Below, in pieces: positions 37,191 through 50,315 of a stretch of 64,000 bases of DNA (the stretch's first letter is position 1; each line of letters opens with the position of its first letter). The DNA is from Heteronotia binoei (taxonomy: Eukaryota), in the NCBI RefSeq assembly GCF_032191835.1, contig NC_083230.1:76074001-76138000 (forward strand). Direction: 5' to 3'. The notes under the pieces are model-generated. The model had not been told where the DNA came from. It searched no databases and worked only from the letters and a program-made list of their open reading frames with translations. A program made the position numbers and the translations under genes.

Positions 37191-37771
37191 CAGGGGTGTC
37201 AAACTTGTGGCCGGAGAGCCAAATCAGGCCCCCAAAGGGCTCCTATCAGACCTCTGAGCAGCTGGCTGTCATCTGCTTTCCTTCTCCCACTTTGGCTTCC
37301 TTCTGCATCACAGCCTGCTTTGCCAGGATTTTTCATTCACACAGGAACTACAGAGCAAAGCCTGTATTTTCTCCATTGGCTTCTCCCCTGGGAAGGAAGG
37401 GGGGGAGGAATAGCTTGCTTTGGTAGACTCAATAGGAATAGCTTGCTTTGGTAGAGCTACAGAGCCAAGCTTCTCTTCCTTCCATTGGCTGAGGCTCCTC
37501 CCCCTCTTAGAACCCTGGGGAAGGAAAGAGTCAGAGTTTCCTTTGCCCAGTTCCCTGGATCCAATGGGAGAGATACAAAGAAAGCATCTTTAAGTCCAAT
37601 GAGTGCTAGTGTTTTAAGCATGTTTTAAGTTTTTTAAAAAATATTTGTGTCCTTTATAAAGTTTTTATCTCTGCTGCATGGCATTCCATTTTATGACACA
37701 CATGGCCTGACCCAACAAGGTCTCATTTATGTCAGATCCAGCCCTCATAACAAATGAGTTTGACACCCTTA
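37191..37771. mobile_element. hAT (Charlie-like) MITE
   Basis: TIRs CAGGGGTGTCAAAC / GTTTGACACCCTTA; perfect TSD agttaaat. Confidence 0.88.
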
Positions 37772-38124
37772 AGTTAAATAGATGTTAGCTGGAGCTGGCT
37801 GTAGGCAAGCAGAACTGAGGCAGTCCACAGGAGGCTAGTTGCTATAGTTCTTATTGTATAAAAATCCATACTGAGATTGGACAGTTGAGACAGGCATTCT
37901 AACTAGCTGTCTAAAGAGGAGAGATGAAAAATGCATGTTGTCTTCATAGAAGCTGAAGAAAGAGGAAATGAGAGGAGAGGCAGCTGGAAGGCCCTGTGAT
38001 TAGCAATTTGCATAGCAAAGCGAAAGAAGTAGAACAGACCCGAGGAAAGTACACAGATGGATTTGACCTGTCCACCTTGCTAGTTCTGCTCTCTTCCCCT
38101 GCCTCCCATTATTAGTGTGCTAGT

Positions 38125-38261
38125 CAGGGGTGGCCAATGGTAGCTCTCCAGATGTTTTTTGCCTACAACTCCCATCAGTCCCAGCCATTGGGCATGCTGG
38201 CTGGGGCTGATGGGAGCTGTAGGCAAAAAAAAAAATCTGGAGAGCTACCGTTGGTCACCCT
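38125..38261. mobile_element. Palindromic hAT MITE (sister of 11286)
   Basis: CAGGGGTGGCCAA TIR; TSD gtgctagt/gtgctaga. Confidence 0.85.
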
Positions 38262-38990
38262 GTGCTAGATGCAAAGAGGGATATCGCCTTTCAATCCCAA
38301 CAGTAGGGATATGGGTGCTACCTTTCTAATCTGCTAAATGCTGTTTCGATTTTTATCCCCAGAATGCCCCTCTCCAGATGACTTCCTTCCCTCTCTCCTA
38401 TTATTGTCACATTAAAATTTCTATTTGTCTGTTCAGTAATGGAATTTCCTAAGGAAATGCTTTTTGTTGTCTTTAAGTGGACATGTCTCCCAGCACAGTT
38501 CTTGATCAACAAAAACCTCTCTGTGCCAACAATTGCATTACACTGGAATCCAGTGTTGCCAGCTGCCTGCTGGGGGTAGGATGAAGATCTTCCAACCCCC
38601 ACTGCACTCAGCTGGGTGGTGGGAGGAAAATGCCTTTTCCCTGGACCAGTGCTTTTTCTTGGTTAGATCTCTTAATCATGAACAAATAATGTTGTAACTG
38701 AACAGCAGCAATCTCCTATTTGTTGGAGATAACTCCCCTTAACTCTGTTATAAAATTTTAAAAAACGGAAATCCAAAAGAGTGAGGCTATAGAGATTCAG
38801 AATTTTTTTTTTAGCTATGTAAGATAAAATATTTTCTTGCAGTTTTTTAAAAATGGTCTATCTATAGTATTTTGTCCCCTCCCCTCCACGCAAATAGGAG
38901 AAAATGTCTGAGAAGTGTTTGTACTTGTTTACTTTTTCCTTCGTTGAAGTTTTAATTTCTGCCAAGCAAATTTGTGGGGCCAAACAAGAG

Positions 38991-39428
38991 TGTCAAGTCG
39001 GCTGAATTCAATAACGAGTCTTTGGTTGAAACAAAGTTACTAGTTTATTGAAGACAGAACTATAGACCATGGTAGAGATTGAAGGACTGGGGTACATAGA
39101 CATTAACCAAGCATTTAAGGTATAGATCAAAAGGATTCCTGAGGGAGGGGCATTCTATGCAGTGTATATTCACATCAGGATGTTACTACTTCGTTCACAA
39201 GCTGGGGCCTTGGCTCCTTCACACTCCCACAGACACCCTGCCTGAGAAGGCTCCACTATCTTGTTCCCATATCACCATTTCAAAGCAGGCTACACAACAA
39301 AGGGACGGTGAGGGGGTGAGGAAAGTTAGCTAGCAGCATTCGGTGTTCAGTGTGGTTTACCCAGAACCCTTTACTTCTGAACCAAAGTTAGGATGATGCA
39401 GTTTGACCAAAATACAGCAGACTTGACA
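38991..39428 (-). mobile_element. Solo LTR
   Basis: Inverted ends TGTCAAGTC / GACTTGACA, perfect 5-bp TSD AAGAG, AATAAA near the minus-strand 3' end. Confidence 0.85.
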
Positions 39429-39865
39429 AAGAGAAGGAGAAATTAGCTTTAAAAGGGATTCCGGAAAAGAATATCATAAACATAGGACCTTTGCCTATGT
39501 ATACCGTGTAGATCTTGGTAGTGGTACCCCAAAATAAAGTTACAAAGAGAGTGAGAGATTTTAAACCAAACAAATAATATTATTGTATACAAAATAAAAT
39601 AAACTGGGCTGTGGAAGAAGCTTTCCCAGCCAGGATCTGCATGTCTCTGGGTCTTGCTTTTCCTGTAGCGTGTTTTCAACCCTGTAGCATGCAGATCCAG
39701 GAGCTGGCTCTTCCTGCCACATGGTTTAAACTGCTGTCACAAGTCAGCCAGGCCTCAACAATAGGGAGGACTCCTCAGGAGAAGACGGCTCCTCAGGAGA
39801 AGAGCCTTGAGCTAACAGAAGCTGACCAGCAGGAAAATGAGCTGCAGGCTTGTCAGGATTCACAG

Positions 39866-40022
39866 GGTTTTTTTTTTTTAGTGTTAAAACAATTTTTATT
39901 GAATCAATAAAAAAAATACAGCAAGAGCATAGGTACATGCCAGCAAATAAAATACGAAATAATAAAAATTAGTCTATAACTATTATGCAATCAACAAAAA
40001 AGCATAGTCAAGAATTCAGGAG
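39866..40022 (-). mobile_element. Short polyadenylated retro-insertion (L1-type 3' stub)
   Basis: Minus-strand AATAAA followed by an A-tail; flanked by 10-bp direct repeat GGATTCACAG (39856-39865, 40023-40032). Confidence 0.7.
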
Positions 40023-40532
40023 GGATTCACAGCCAACAGCTGGTGCAGAACCACCAACACCCCACATCCCAGATTCAGCAGGTGAACTGTAAGGAAATGA
40101 CCCCTCCTTCCCCAATATCGTAGTCGCCAGCATGGTTGCCAGGGCGCCTGGAGAAGTGAGCTCACACACACCTTTGGCCAGAGGGTGTGAGCAAAACCAT
40201 CCAGGGACTAAAAGGACTCATGTGTGCAAACAGCCTAAGAGTGCAGGCATTCTAAACCAGTATAGAGTGCTTGCCAATGTGCACGGAAGTTTCCCTGTCA
40301 CTGCTTGGGCCCGCCATGGTAGGGAAGAAGCTGCGCCGCCACGGAGCTATCCAGGCGACCGTTGTTGAGACGTTGAGCATGGAATCCACTGTGTCTCGCT
40401 AACACCACTTGTAGCCATCTTCCTGCCAGGCTGGACTTCATTCCTTCATAGTGAGAAGCTCACGTACACACCCTGAGTCACCCTCAGCCCGCAAGCAACC
40501 CATTTGCCCCATGAATGGATTAATAGCTCAAC

Positions 40533-41371
40533 TGTTAGTCCTGATTGCCTAGCAATACCCTAAACAATAACTCTTGCCCAGAAGATGATGAGAAAAGAGG
40601 AAGAACATCTCCTGTCTCAACCAAGTCTTTGTCTTACCCGGGTGATACCTAGGCCAGTATTTGATTCCCTATTGTCACCTTCCCAGATAAGCCCACTTAA
40701 TCCCAAGTACCTAGCCATTTCCATACTGACACCCTTGGAGCCGCCTCAGGCCCTGTCGCAACCTGGAAGTTTCCAGGTTGCCCAGGACGAAGGTGAAGTT
40801 CATTGGTCAAAGCAAACACCCAATTAGGTGTCACCAAGGGACTCACCATTGGCTCTGCTAATGTCCAGCCTTCATGGTCATCACAGAGCCTCCCCCTTTC
40901 TCCTCCCTCCCAGCCCCTGTAGGGTCTGAGGGAGCCTATTTAACCTCTGACCCAACTCCACTCATGTGTGCATCTAACAGTATCCCAGGTCCGCTGTCTA
41001 GATCCATCCCCAATTCTGGCCACAGTTTTGGGTCCATTTCCCCTGTCCTCTTATGTCGCCATTGGAACCTTCCTCGAAGACTACGATGGTAAATATTACC
41101 CTGTCTGTTTACCCTTATATGTTCCCCTATCAATCTATCTGTGTTTCTTAGGCCTGTGTGAATGTGTGATTGTATTGTATTTTTATCTTGTGTGGAAGAA
41201 CTATTATTCTAAATAAATTACAATTGGTTTTTATTAAATTAGAGTCCTTTTTATTGAGCATTTACCCTCTGGATGGTTGAGCCTGGTATAAATTGGTAAA
41301 AAGATTCCTAGTGAGCCAGGTGCCCACCTAACTAATTCCCCAACCTCGTTTTGAGGGCATTTGGCCTAACA
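40533..41371 (+). mobile_element. Probable solo LTR
   Basis: TGTTAG...CTAACA ends, TATTTAA about 40938, AATAAA about 41212, flanks caac/gaac (3 of 4 match). Confidence 0.55.
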
Positions 41372-43611
41372 GAACCTCAATTGGCCGTTCCCAGTCCACC
41401 AGTATCACCTACACCCTTAGAGCACTGCAGGAAGGGTGAGAACAGAGTTACAGACAAGACAGCAAAGTGCATGCCTTTTAGTCTGATGCCAGATGTTTGC
41501 TGATAACAAAGATGATTACTTCTGAGTTACTGGTTGCAGGCATGACGCTTAAGCATGGGGCTATTAAACCAGACAAGAGAGCCTGTTAGGTGTGGATAGA
41601 TAATAACAATAGACACTAACTCTGCCTTGTCTGACTCCTGGATCCCTGACCTTGGACTGAATGATTCTGCTTTGCCTGACTTCTGGTTCTGATACTTGGA
41701 GCTTGCAAGCCAGTGCAACTGTGTTGCTAAAGAAGCCATTCCAGCCAGGATCTGCATGCCTTGAGGAGTGATCTCCCCATGGCACACAGATCCTGGAGCT
41801 GGCTTTTCCTGCAGTGCAGTTTAAACCAGGTTGCTGGAGAAGCCAAGCCAGCCCCAGGATTGTTCTGGCTTTTAAAAAAAAATCTGGCATTTTTCTTCTC
41901 GGGTCTATTGGACCCAATTTTTTTTTGTGGGGATTTCTGAAAAATCCCAGTTCCAAATACTATACCAATATAGGGATCTAGAATTTTTCAGAAATGCCAG
42001 ATATTTTTCAAGTGCAACAGACTCAAACTGAAAAATACTGAATTAAAAAAATTGTACACCCCTAATTAGCACTCACCATTTCTGTTAGCACAAAATCTCC
42101 CACCTGAATCCTTCTCCTCAGAACAGAACGGAGCTTGTGTAGATATGAGTCAGGCCTAAAGGCCCATAGGTGATACTACTTTTTATAAGAAAGTGAGTTC
42201 TAACTCTTAACCCTTCCTGACCACGGAGAAGGGGAGGGGAATCAGGTGTTCCTTACAGAAACTGCTGTCAACCTTTGTGGGGCAAGATGGGGAAAATACC
42301 TTCATTAGGCTATTGTGAGCCAAAGCTACATGGGCACAAATCTGCATGAGTGAGGCAACATAATTAGCATGCTTTAATTAGAATCAAGTGGACCAGATCT
42401 ACATTGATACAAAAGTTTGGGTGAGTCAGGATGGCTCATGGAACAGAATGAAGCAGAAGTTAATAACTTGAGTGCCATTCTTGATTGAGTAAAAAAAAGG
42501 GAAAAGGGGGAACCAGGCATTGGTTAATGTAAAAACAAGTTTCTTAGGCTTGGTTGACACCTCTGGGGTATGCCAGGATATTCCAGTGTTGAAAAGTCTT
42601 TATTATTGAGAATGAAATCTTATTGTTATTGAGAACCCTGACCTGGGGGGGATTGCACTTAATCAGTTTGTGATGCCAGCATACCCTTCCTCTCCTGTCC
42701 CTGGGGATTTCCAATGTCATGGCTGAACCTTTATGAGACTCCCTAAGTTTTAGATCCTCTTGGTACTTAGGCTGTAAAAGTGGGTGCCTATTAAAACAAC
42801 TAAGTCCAAAATAAAATGGGGCCTGCACTAACCAAGGGGGTCTCGACTGGAGGAGGGGGTGGGGTTCTCACATTGCTACTAGTCTACAGGTACATAACTT
42901 TGGTACAGAACCCAGTTTCTTACTAGGAAAGAGCAGGGAAGATTTTCCTCAGTCACAAACAAAGTACAATTAGGACTGCTGACCTCTTCTGGGACTACAA
43001 CTGATCACAAGGTAACAGAGATCAGTTCATCTGGAGAAAATGGCTGACTTAGAAAGTGAGATTGTCAAGATAATGGTAACTCTGCTACACTGTTACACCT
43101 TACACTGTTGAGAGATTACGACAACTATGGAATCACTGTTAGGAAGGAAGATCCCGCATTTACTGTATATTGTATTTAAACAGCACCATAAATTGTTTTA
43201 ATTGTATTTTATTTCTTTTAATTGGTAATTGTAGATGTTCCAATTGAACTGACTGTTAGCCGCCCTGAGTCTGCTTGTGGAGAGGGCGGGATAAAAAATC
43301 TAAAGTAATAAATAAATAAACAAACTCTGTAGAGTTTTGTAACTTTCCAAGCTAAGGAGCTTGTCCTAAATTTTAACAGCTGGTAGGACATGTATAGGGA
43401 GAGGGACAGAGGAATTACATTTTACCTATTTATTTTGAATTCCTTCCTCAATCTGGTGCTGTGCTAACTATATGCTTCTAAACATTTTCTTTTTAATGAA
43501 TACTTTATAACCCTGGATGCTGGTAGTAGTTCTCTGTACCACCTAGATCTCCACCATCTCAGTCATGCTATTTAAAAAAGGAGCGCTGGGAGAAGACTGG
43601 CAGTTGGCAAG

Positions 43612-44105
43612 TAGGGTTTCCAATCCCCAGTTGGGGGCAGGGGATCCCCCAGTTTGGAGGCCCTCCCCATGCTTCAGGGTCATTAGAAAGGGGGAAAGAG
43701 GAAATCTCTGCTAGGTGCTCCATTATTCTCTATGGAGACTGGTTCCGATAGGGTAAAATAGAGAATTGATCTGTGGATACCTGTGGCTCTGGGGGCTGTT
43801 TTTTGAGGTAGAGGCACCATATTTTAAGCATAGCATCCAGTGCTTCTCCTCAAATAACCTCCCAAGTTTCAAAAGGATTGGACCAGGGGGTTCTATGAGC
43901 CCCAAAAGAAGGTGCCCCATCTTTCATTATTCCAAATGGAGGGAAAGCATTTAAAAGGAGTGTGGTCGCTTTAAATGTGATGGCCAGAACTCCGTTTGGA
44001 GTTCAGTCATGCTTGTCACACCCTTGCTCCTGGCTCTACCCCAAAGTCGCCTGGCTCCACCCTCAACGTCCCCAGATATTTCTTGAGTCAGACCTGGCAA
44101 TCCTA
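43612..44105 (-). mobile_element. Non-autonomous hAT element (same family as 36062)
   Basis: TIRs TAGGGTTTCCA / TGGCAATCCTA; TSD ttggcaag/ttgggaaa. Confidence 0.85.
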
Positions 44106-44711
44106 TTGGGAAATGGTTATTCCTCCAGGGCCACACAAGGCAGTAAACTGTCCCCATGGTGACCAGGCTTTGGGCAGTGGAAGACCCAGGGGCAAGGCCT
44201 CAGAATATGAAGGGAAGCTGGGTATCCTGACCAAGTGGGTAATTCCTGTGGTCAGGTGCAAAAACCTTGGAGGACAGGGTGAAATGGGGCCTGCAGACCA
44301 GAACAGACACGTTCTGCCACAAACATGAATATCAGTTTACTAAATCAGTTGACCTGTAAACCAATGCACTGTGGGTCAACTGTAAACCAATGCACTGTGG
44401 GTCATCCTGGGTTGTCTATTGACCTGAGGCAATATGAAGTGATAGACTGGGGAGGCCTCAATCTCAGGCCTTTTGCCCCTTTTTTCTATTTCTACACCCT
44501 AGGAGTGAAGTTTATTACAATGTGATAACAAGGTTTGCATATATTTAATTTAAGAGGAAAGTCTCTTATTTTTCTTTTTAAGAATGCTTATAATCCTGTT
44601 TTCCTATCATTTCATACTCTCACATTGGACTTTTTCCTCATTCTGTTAATGGCAAAAACAAACATTTGTTTTACCTAAGAACTCCAAAGGACAGTTTACG
44701 TCCTGATTTCT

Positions 44712-44744
44712 GATTGGAAGAGATCAAAATTTGAGATTATATAA
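44712..44744 (+). promoter_or_regulatory. Candidate promoter of lectin gene 2
   Basis: Reverse CCAAT (GATTGG) about 44712 and TATATAA 44738-44744, about 110 bp upstream of the ATG. Confidence 0.5.
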
Positions 44745-44851
44745 CTTCATCAGTACTCTCCAGCTCTTTTCCTTTCTTCTGCTGAGCCTTAGATGCTATT
44801 CACAAGTTCTGCAAAAAGAACATGCCTCATTTAAAGAGAACCCTCACAAAC

Positions 44852-44909
44852 ATGAGATGGTGTCTTCCTCTGCTGCTGGCCATCCTGCCTGAACTGCTTG
44901 CTGAGAGCG
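44852..44909 (+). CDS. Tandem F-type lectin gene 2, signal-peptide exon
   Basis: MRWCLPLLLAILPELLAES with phase-1 donor G|GTAAGT, matching the phase of the next FTLD exon. Confidence 0.8.
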
Positions 44910-45236
44910 GTAAGTGTGAAAGAGATAAGGATGGTGTAGGCAGGACCCTGCAAGCTGGAGTAGACCCACTAGTATCTTGCAATTGCAGCTGCAGAGGAAT
45001 GATCTGCTCCTTAAAGAAGATGGTTTGTGGTATGGAGAAGCGAAAGGAAATAAACTGGGCTTCTTGATCTCCAATTTGCTGCATCTCAGGAAGGCTGGGT
45101 GACAGCAAATTTTCCAAGCTGGAAGGTCAGAAGAAGAACCCAACAAACAACTGTACTATGAAGAGTTGGTTCCTTATTTAACCCCCCCACCCTTTTCTGG
45201 GTATACAGCAAAATATCTCCAGCAAGAGGTTAAATT

Positions 45237-45510
45237 GTTTGGTGTAGTGGTTAAGTGCACAGACTCTTATCTGGGAGAATGGGGTTTGATTCCCCACTCC
45301 TGCACATGCACCTGCTGATGTGACCTTGGGTCAACCACAAGTGCTCTAAAGGCTGTTCCGCTCAAGAGCAGTTCTGTGAAAGCTCTCTCAGCTCCACCTA
45401 TCTCACAGGGTGTCTGTTGTGGAGAGGGGAAGAGAAAGGAGATTTGTAAACCACTCGAAGACTTCTTTGGGTAATGAAGGGCAGGGTATAAATCCAATCT
45501 GTTCTTCTCT
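45237..45510 (+). mobile_element. tRNA-derived SINE with L2-like tail (Squam2-like)
   Basis: A box TGGTGTAGTGG, B box GGTTTGATTCC, CTCACAGGGTGTCTGTTGTGG body. Confidence 0.7.
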
Positions 45511-46454
45511 TAAACACTGACCCTCCCAGCTGGTCCCTCATCAGGTGGCAGTTGGGTTCTGAAGACTGCAAATAGCCTGTTCCTGCAAACAGACATGAGC
45601 ATGTTAAGAACAGGCAAACTGTCAGTTAATTGGTTTCCTGACTACCTCTGGCAAACAATTAGCCGAACAGATGTTTAAGCATCCCTTAAGGGTAGCTTTA
45701 GATTTAGTCAAGAGATCACACTTTTGGGGACTGTTAATCCTCCAAGTTCATAAGGTAGCTGATTAACATCATTACATTTTTATTATTTTACACTGGGAGA
45801 TATACTACCAGTATCTGTGAGATTTCTTGAGTAGGACACAACTCAAGATATTGTAGACATGGAAAAGATCCAGTTCTTACTCCTACACTTTCAAAACCTT
45901 CTTTACCTTTCTGATTCTGGGAGGAAATCAGAAAAGCCCAGGTCTTCCCCCATTCATCTGAACATGGGTGTTGTCAAAGCTCCCCAGTCCAGCCCAGGCT
46001 AAGGACCTTTGGTGGAAGGGCTGCAGCACAACAAAATCACAAAATTTTAGTGAGTGGTTGCCCACACATTAGTCTGGTAGGCTACCATCAGCCCCTTATC
46101 CATCCCAGTGGTTTAGAAGCAAAAGAGCAAATTCCTAGCCTTTCTGGGATTTAACCAGAAAGTCAACCCTGCAGAATGAGTTCCCAACAATTATAAGTTA
46201 CCTGGTAGGCAGTCATTGGATCTAAAACACTGGAATTATATTGAGGTCAGTTGAAGTCAAAATCCACAAGCAAATAAAGAAAATTAGTTTTATTATGGTG
46301 CAAGGATATTTTTAAAAGAGCAAGACTGTCAGGGAAAACAAGAAATCTAAGAATTAAAACACTAACACAGTAATACAATGGTTCCAAGTTACCAGATGTT
46401 ACTCCATCTCTGGCTGAAGGCTCTCAGAATCAAGGTGGCTCTCTCTCCAGATAC

Positions 46455-46953
46455 TAGGGTTGCCAGGTCCAATTCAAGAAATATCTTTGGACTTTGGGAG
46501 TGGAGCCAGGAGACATTGGGAGGTGGAGCTAGGAGCAAGGTTGTGACAAGTGTAATTAAACTCCAAAGGGAGTTCTGGCCATCACATTTAAAGGGACTGA
46601 ACACCTTTTAAATGCCTTCCCTCCATTGGAATTAATGCATAGGGGCACCTTCTTTTGGGACTCATAGAATTGGACCCCCTGGTCCAATCTTTTTGAAAAA
46701 TGGAGGGTATTTTAAGGAGTGGCACCAGATACTATGCTGTAAATTTGGTGCATCTATCTAAAAAAAACAGCCCCCCCAAGCCCCATATACCCACAGATAA
46801 ATTCTCCATTATACCCTATGGGAATCAGTCTCCATAGGGAATAATGGAGTGCCCAGCAGATATTCTCCCCCCTTGCTTTCTGATGACCCTGAAGCAGGGG
46901 GAGGGCCTCCAAACTGGGGGATCCCCGCCCCCACCTGGGGATTGGCAACCCTG
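46455..46953 (+). mobile_element. Non-autonomous hAT element (same family as 36062)
   Basis: TIRs TAGGGTTGCCA / TGGCAACCCTG; TSD ccagatac/ccagggac. Confidence 0.85.
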
Positions 46954-47870
46954 CCAGGGACAGCAAGAGGTCTGGCCCTCTCAAGCAAGCAAGCAGAATG
47001 GCTGCCAGGAGCATAACAGCAACTGTATGGTGTGGTAGCACACATTCACCATCAACCACACTCTAAGATGAAAACCTAACTTCTTTATGGGTAAGGGTCC
47101 AATGTGATTCCAGGCCTGAAGAACCAATAGAAACTCACAGAGATTATGTAACTGTTACTGGGCAAATGACTAGGGTGACTTGACCAGGATGAAAGGAATC
47201 AAAAATACTGCAGGTTATCTTGGTCCCTTTCCCACAGGTGCAACCCATAGACCTTAATTGGTTGGAATGTGTCAATTGGAAACTGGTGCTAGTAGGCACT
47301 CACTCCTATGCACATCTGCATGTTATCTAAGAATAACAAGATCCCCTTGCTTTGCTAGCAGTGTCTGTTTCCATCTCTGGGAACTCTAAGCTGTGCTTGA
47401 GCCAAAGTTTCTAGGGAACCACTTTCTTCATGGGTGCAACTTATAGAGTGTACTGCTGTGCTTCTAGCACTACTGAGCTGACAAGCCACCCACCATATTG
47501 TGCTGCTTTTTGCCAGTGGGAGCAAGGCTAGCCTCACCAAGTAGACTGATAGGGAGAGACTGATGGATTTCCTGAATCAAACTGGAAACAAAGAGGTGTT
47601 TGTTGCTCCAGTATTTCTATCCTCAAGCATGTTCTAACAATGTGCATCCCAACCCTGCCCTGAAACACAAAGCTATCAGTAGTAGTAGCCAAGTCAATAG
47701 GCATTGGCGCTGGCACAGTCAGTTTTTGAGTGAAATTCAACCCATCATTCTAGAATCCTTGACTATGATTCCACTTGTATCCCTGTAGTTTATCCCAGCT
47801 GCAATGTACAGACTTTTAGAAGACCACTCTTTACTCAGCGAGTATCTGTTTTTTATGGATGATCCTATTT

Positions 47871-48067
47871 ATGAATGCATGAAGCTGCCTTATATGGAAT
47901 CAGACCCTTGGTCCAACAAAGTATTGTCTACTCAGACTGGCAGCAGCTCTCCACGGTCTCAGACCGAGCTCTTTTCTCATCACCTCCTACATTTAATTGG
48001 AGACAATGTGGATCGAACGTGGGACTTTCTGCATGCCAGGCAGATGCCCTGCCAGTGAGCCAAGCCC
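47871..48067 (-). mobile_element. Squam3-like tRNA-derived SINE
   Basis: Minus strand GGCTCACTGGCAGGGCATCTGCC...GTTCGATCC head, ...ATAAGGCAGCTTCATGCATTCAT tail. Confidence 0.75.
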
Positions 48068-48244
48068 ATCTACTTCATTAGTGGAATGAAACCAATGCCT
48101 GCAATCAATGCATTTGTTATAAGAGAGAAGTATTCTACATTGTTAAAAAGTCATTCAAACCATATTTGGGAAGGGTTTTCTTTTTTCTTTTTGTTCAGGG
48201 CTTAAGCACAGCTATATCGAGAGATAATCCTTTCTTTGTTGCAG

Positions 48245-48530
48245 ACCTCAATGTGGCCATCCACGGAAATGCTTTACAATCCAGCACTTTCAACCCACTG
48301 GGAATTGCTAGCAATGCTATTGACGGGATGACCACAAGTGAATTTTCAGCAGGGTCATGTACCCACACAGATACAGAAACCCATCCATGGTGGATAGTGG
48401 ACTTAAAGTCAGAGTATAGAGTAATTCGTGTAAGCATCACCAATCGGGAAGACTGCTGTGCATATCGGCTAAATGGGGCTGAAATCCGGATTGGGAACTC
48501 TCCTGAGGCAGGGGGAACTTTGAATCCCAG
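48245..48530 (+). CDS. Lectin gene 2, FTLD1 exon A
   Basis: 286 bp, phase 1 to 2; AIDG, CTHT, PWWIVDL, NREDCCAYR; complete H-x26-R-x-D-x4-R fucose motif. Confidence 0.93.
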
Positions 48531-48819
48531 GTACTGAAGTGGTTAGATATTTTCCAGGACTATGCAAGATTAGAGTATAAGAAAGACAAAGAAATGGAAA
48601 CGATCTAGATAGACTCCTAACTGTTTTAGTTCCAAAAACAGGACAATGTTTGTCATAAATGTAGAGATCTTTTAGGTAAAAAATGTGTGTGAGACCCACA
48701 TAGTTTTCAATTTACATAACCATGCATTTAATCATAGAATTATAGAGTTTATTGTGGAATAATAAATGACACATGAGAATAACAGAAGGAAACACATCCA
48801 TATACATACTGAAACCATC

Positions 48820-49560
48820 ATGCTCATCTACTCATGCTGGGGTTGGCCAGATTTCTGCATAAGGACCTGAAAAAGGCGACCTCTTTCCTTGTAGCCTCTG
48901 AAGAATGTTGGTCCTGGATAAAAGTAGTCTGTAGAAAGTTCATTTGAAGGAAGTCTTTTAATTGAAAGAAAGTCAGTTTGAAGAAAATCTTATGGTATAC
49001 AAGATTATTCCACATGGGGCAGAGAAAAAAAGCCCTAGAGAAATAGACATGGGATATCTAGTTGGAACAGGAGACATGGTTGGGACACCAGGTAGAATCC
49101 TCCATCTTGCTTCATATTCCATGAGCCTATTTAGGGTTTCAAGGTATGTGTCTGTCTTAGAGAATGTCTCCTATTCAACTGAATTCAACCGTATTAACCT
49201 AGGTTACCAAATTATACCAGCCCCTGACCTGCTCCTGAACTGGTTTGTTTCGTCTTCCAGCATAACCTGACAAACTTTTCTGCTTTTGGCCACCTGGTCT
49301 TCCATCTTTTCAACTGGCATATCCCCCCTTTTAAATTTTTTTTGCACTTGATTTGTCCCTCTTGCTGTTTATTCATACTCATTATCTTCCAGGGATTTTA
49401 GTCCATTTATTATCACATCATTTGTAATCTCCCAGGAATTTCAGCCTTTCAACTTTCTCATTATTTCATACTTCACGCATGCTTTCTTCTGTTACAATAT
49501 CTCCAATACACACATTGAATAAATTTCAAACTGTATATCAATATATTGATTAAATAAAAA
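48820..49560 (-). mobile_element. Degenerate LINE (L1-like) 3' fragment
   Basis: A-rich minus strand with L1-like composition and tail; no intact motif confirmed. Confidence 0.35.
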
Positions 49561-49613
49561 TAATTAATTAACATGTAGTTACCAGTTACATGCTCATGTG
49601 GTTTCTTTTCAAG

Positions 49614-49765
49614 ATGTACTGTGATTGAATCCTTGGGTCCTGGGGAAACCCAGCATTTTTACTGTGAAAATATGCAAGGAAAGTATGTTACTGTTAACCA
49701 ACCAAATGGAGGAACGCTCACACTTTGTGAAGTCCAAGTGTTTGGCCAGAAGGTAACTTCCACCA
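49614..49765 (+). CDS. Lectin gene 2, FTLD1 exon B
   Basis: TTTTCAAG acceptor; R|CTVIESLGPGETQHFYCENMQGKYVTV...LTLCEVQVFG; donor A|GTAAGT; 152 bp. Confidence 0.92.
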
Positions 49766-49850
49766 GTAAGTAACATATTTCCTAGATGGCTTCTGTTCTG
49801 TTTCAGTCAGAGAGAGACTGGCAGATGAGACAGAGAGAGGGGGAGCAAGT

Positions 49851-50315
49851 CAGGCCCGTAGCCACAGTGGGGCCCGGGGGGGCATGACCCCTCCACCCAG
49901 CCCCCACTTCCACCTGTGTGGCCTCTCCTTTCCCCACTGCTCTCCCTGCGGCCCCATTTTTGCCGCCGTTGCCGCTCTCCCCACCCCATTCCTGCCTCCC
50001 CCGCTCTCCCCGTAGCCCCGTTTTTGCTGCCGCTGCTCTCCCTGGGCTCTTTCCTGTCTCCCAAGCCCTCCCCGCAGCCCTGTTTTTGCTGCCACTGCTC
50101 TCCCCTGCCTCACAAGCTCTCTCTGCAGCCCCGTTTTCACTGCTGCCGCTCTCCCCGAGGTCTTCTTCCCACCCCCAAGAGCATGAGAGAGAGAGACTAG
50201 GGCCCGGAGGCTGGCTGCTGGAAGAAGCAGCCAAGACTCCACGCGCCCCCCCCCCCCCCCAATTTTATGTCCTGGGCGCCCCTCCCCCCCAAAAAAAATT
50301 CTGGCTATAGGGATG
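49851..50315. mobile_element. hAT element with internal GC-rich tandem repeat
   Basis: TIRs CAGGCCCGTAGCCA / TGGCTATAGGGATG; perfect TSD gagcaagt; about four 50-60-bp GCAGCCC(C/T)GTTTT-type units. Confidence 0.85.

Noticed and set aside
42587-42872. Possible solo LTR (TGTTGA...CTCACA, minus-strand AATAAA-like signal)
   Set aside because: No target-site duplication and weak inverted ends.
48166-48244. Upstream acceptor at 48199 extending FTLD1 exon A
   Set aside because: Joined to the phase-1 signal exon it reads into a TAA after a few codons; the 48245 acceptor gives the conserved 286-bp exon.
49803-50310. Several 85-143-aa ORFs on both strands
   Set aside because: They come from the GC-rich tandem repeat inside a hAT element with an 8-bp TSD.
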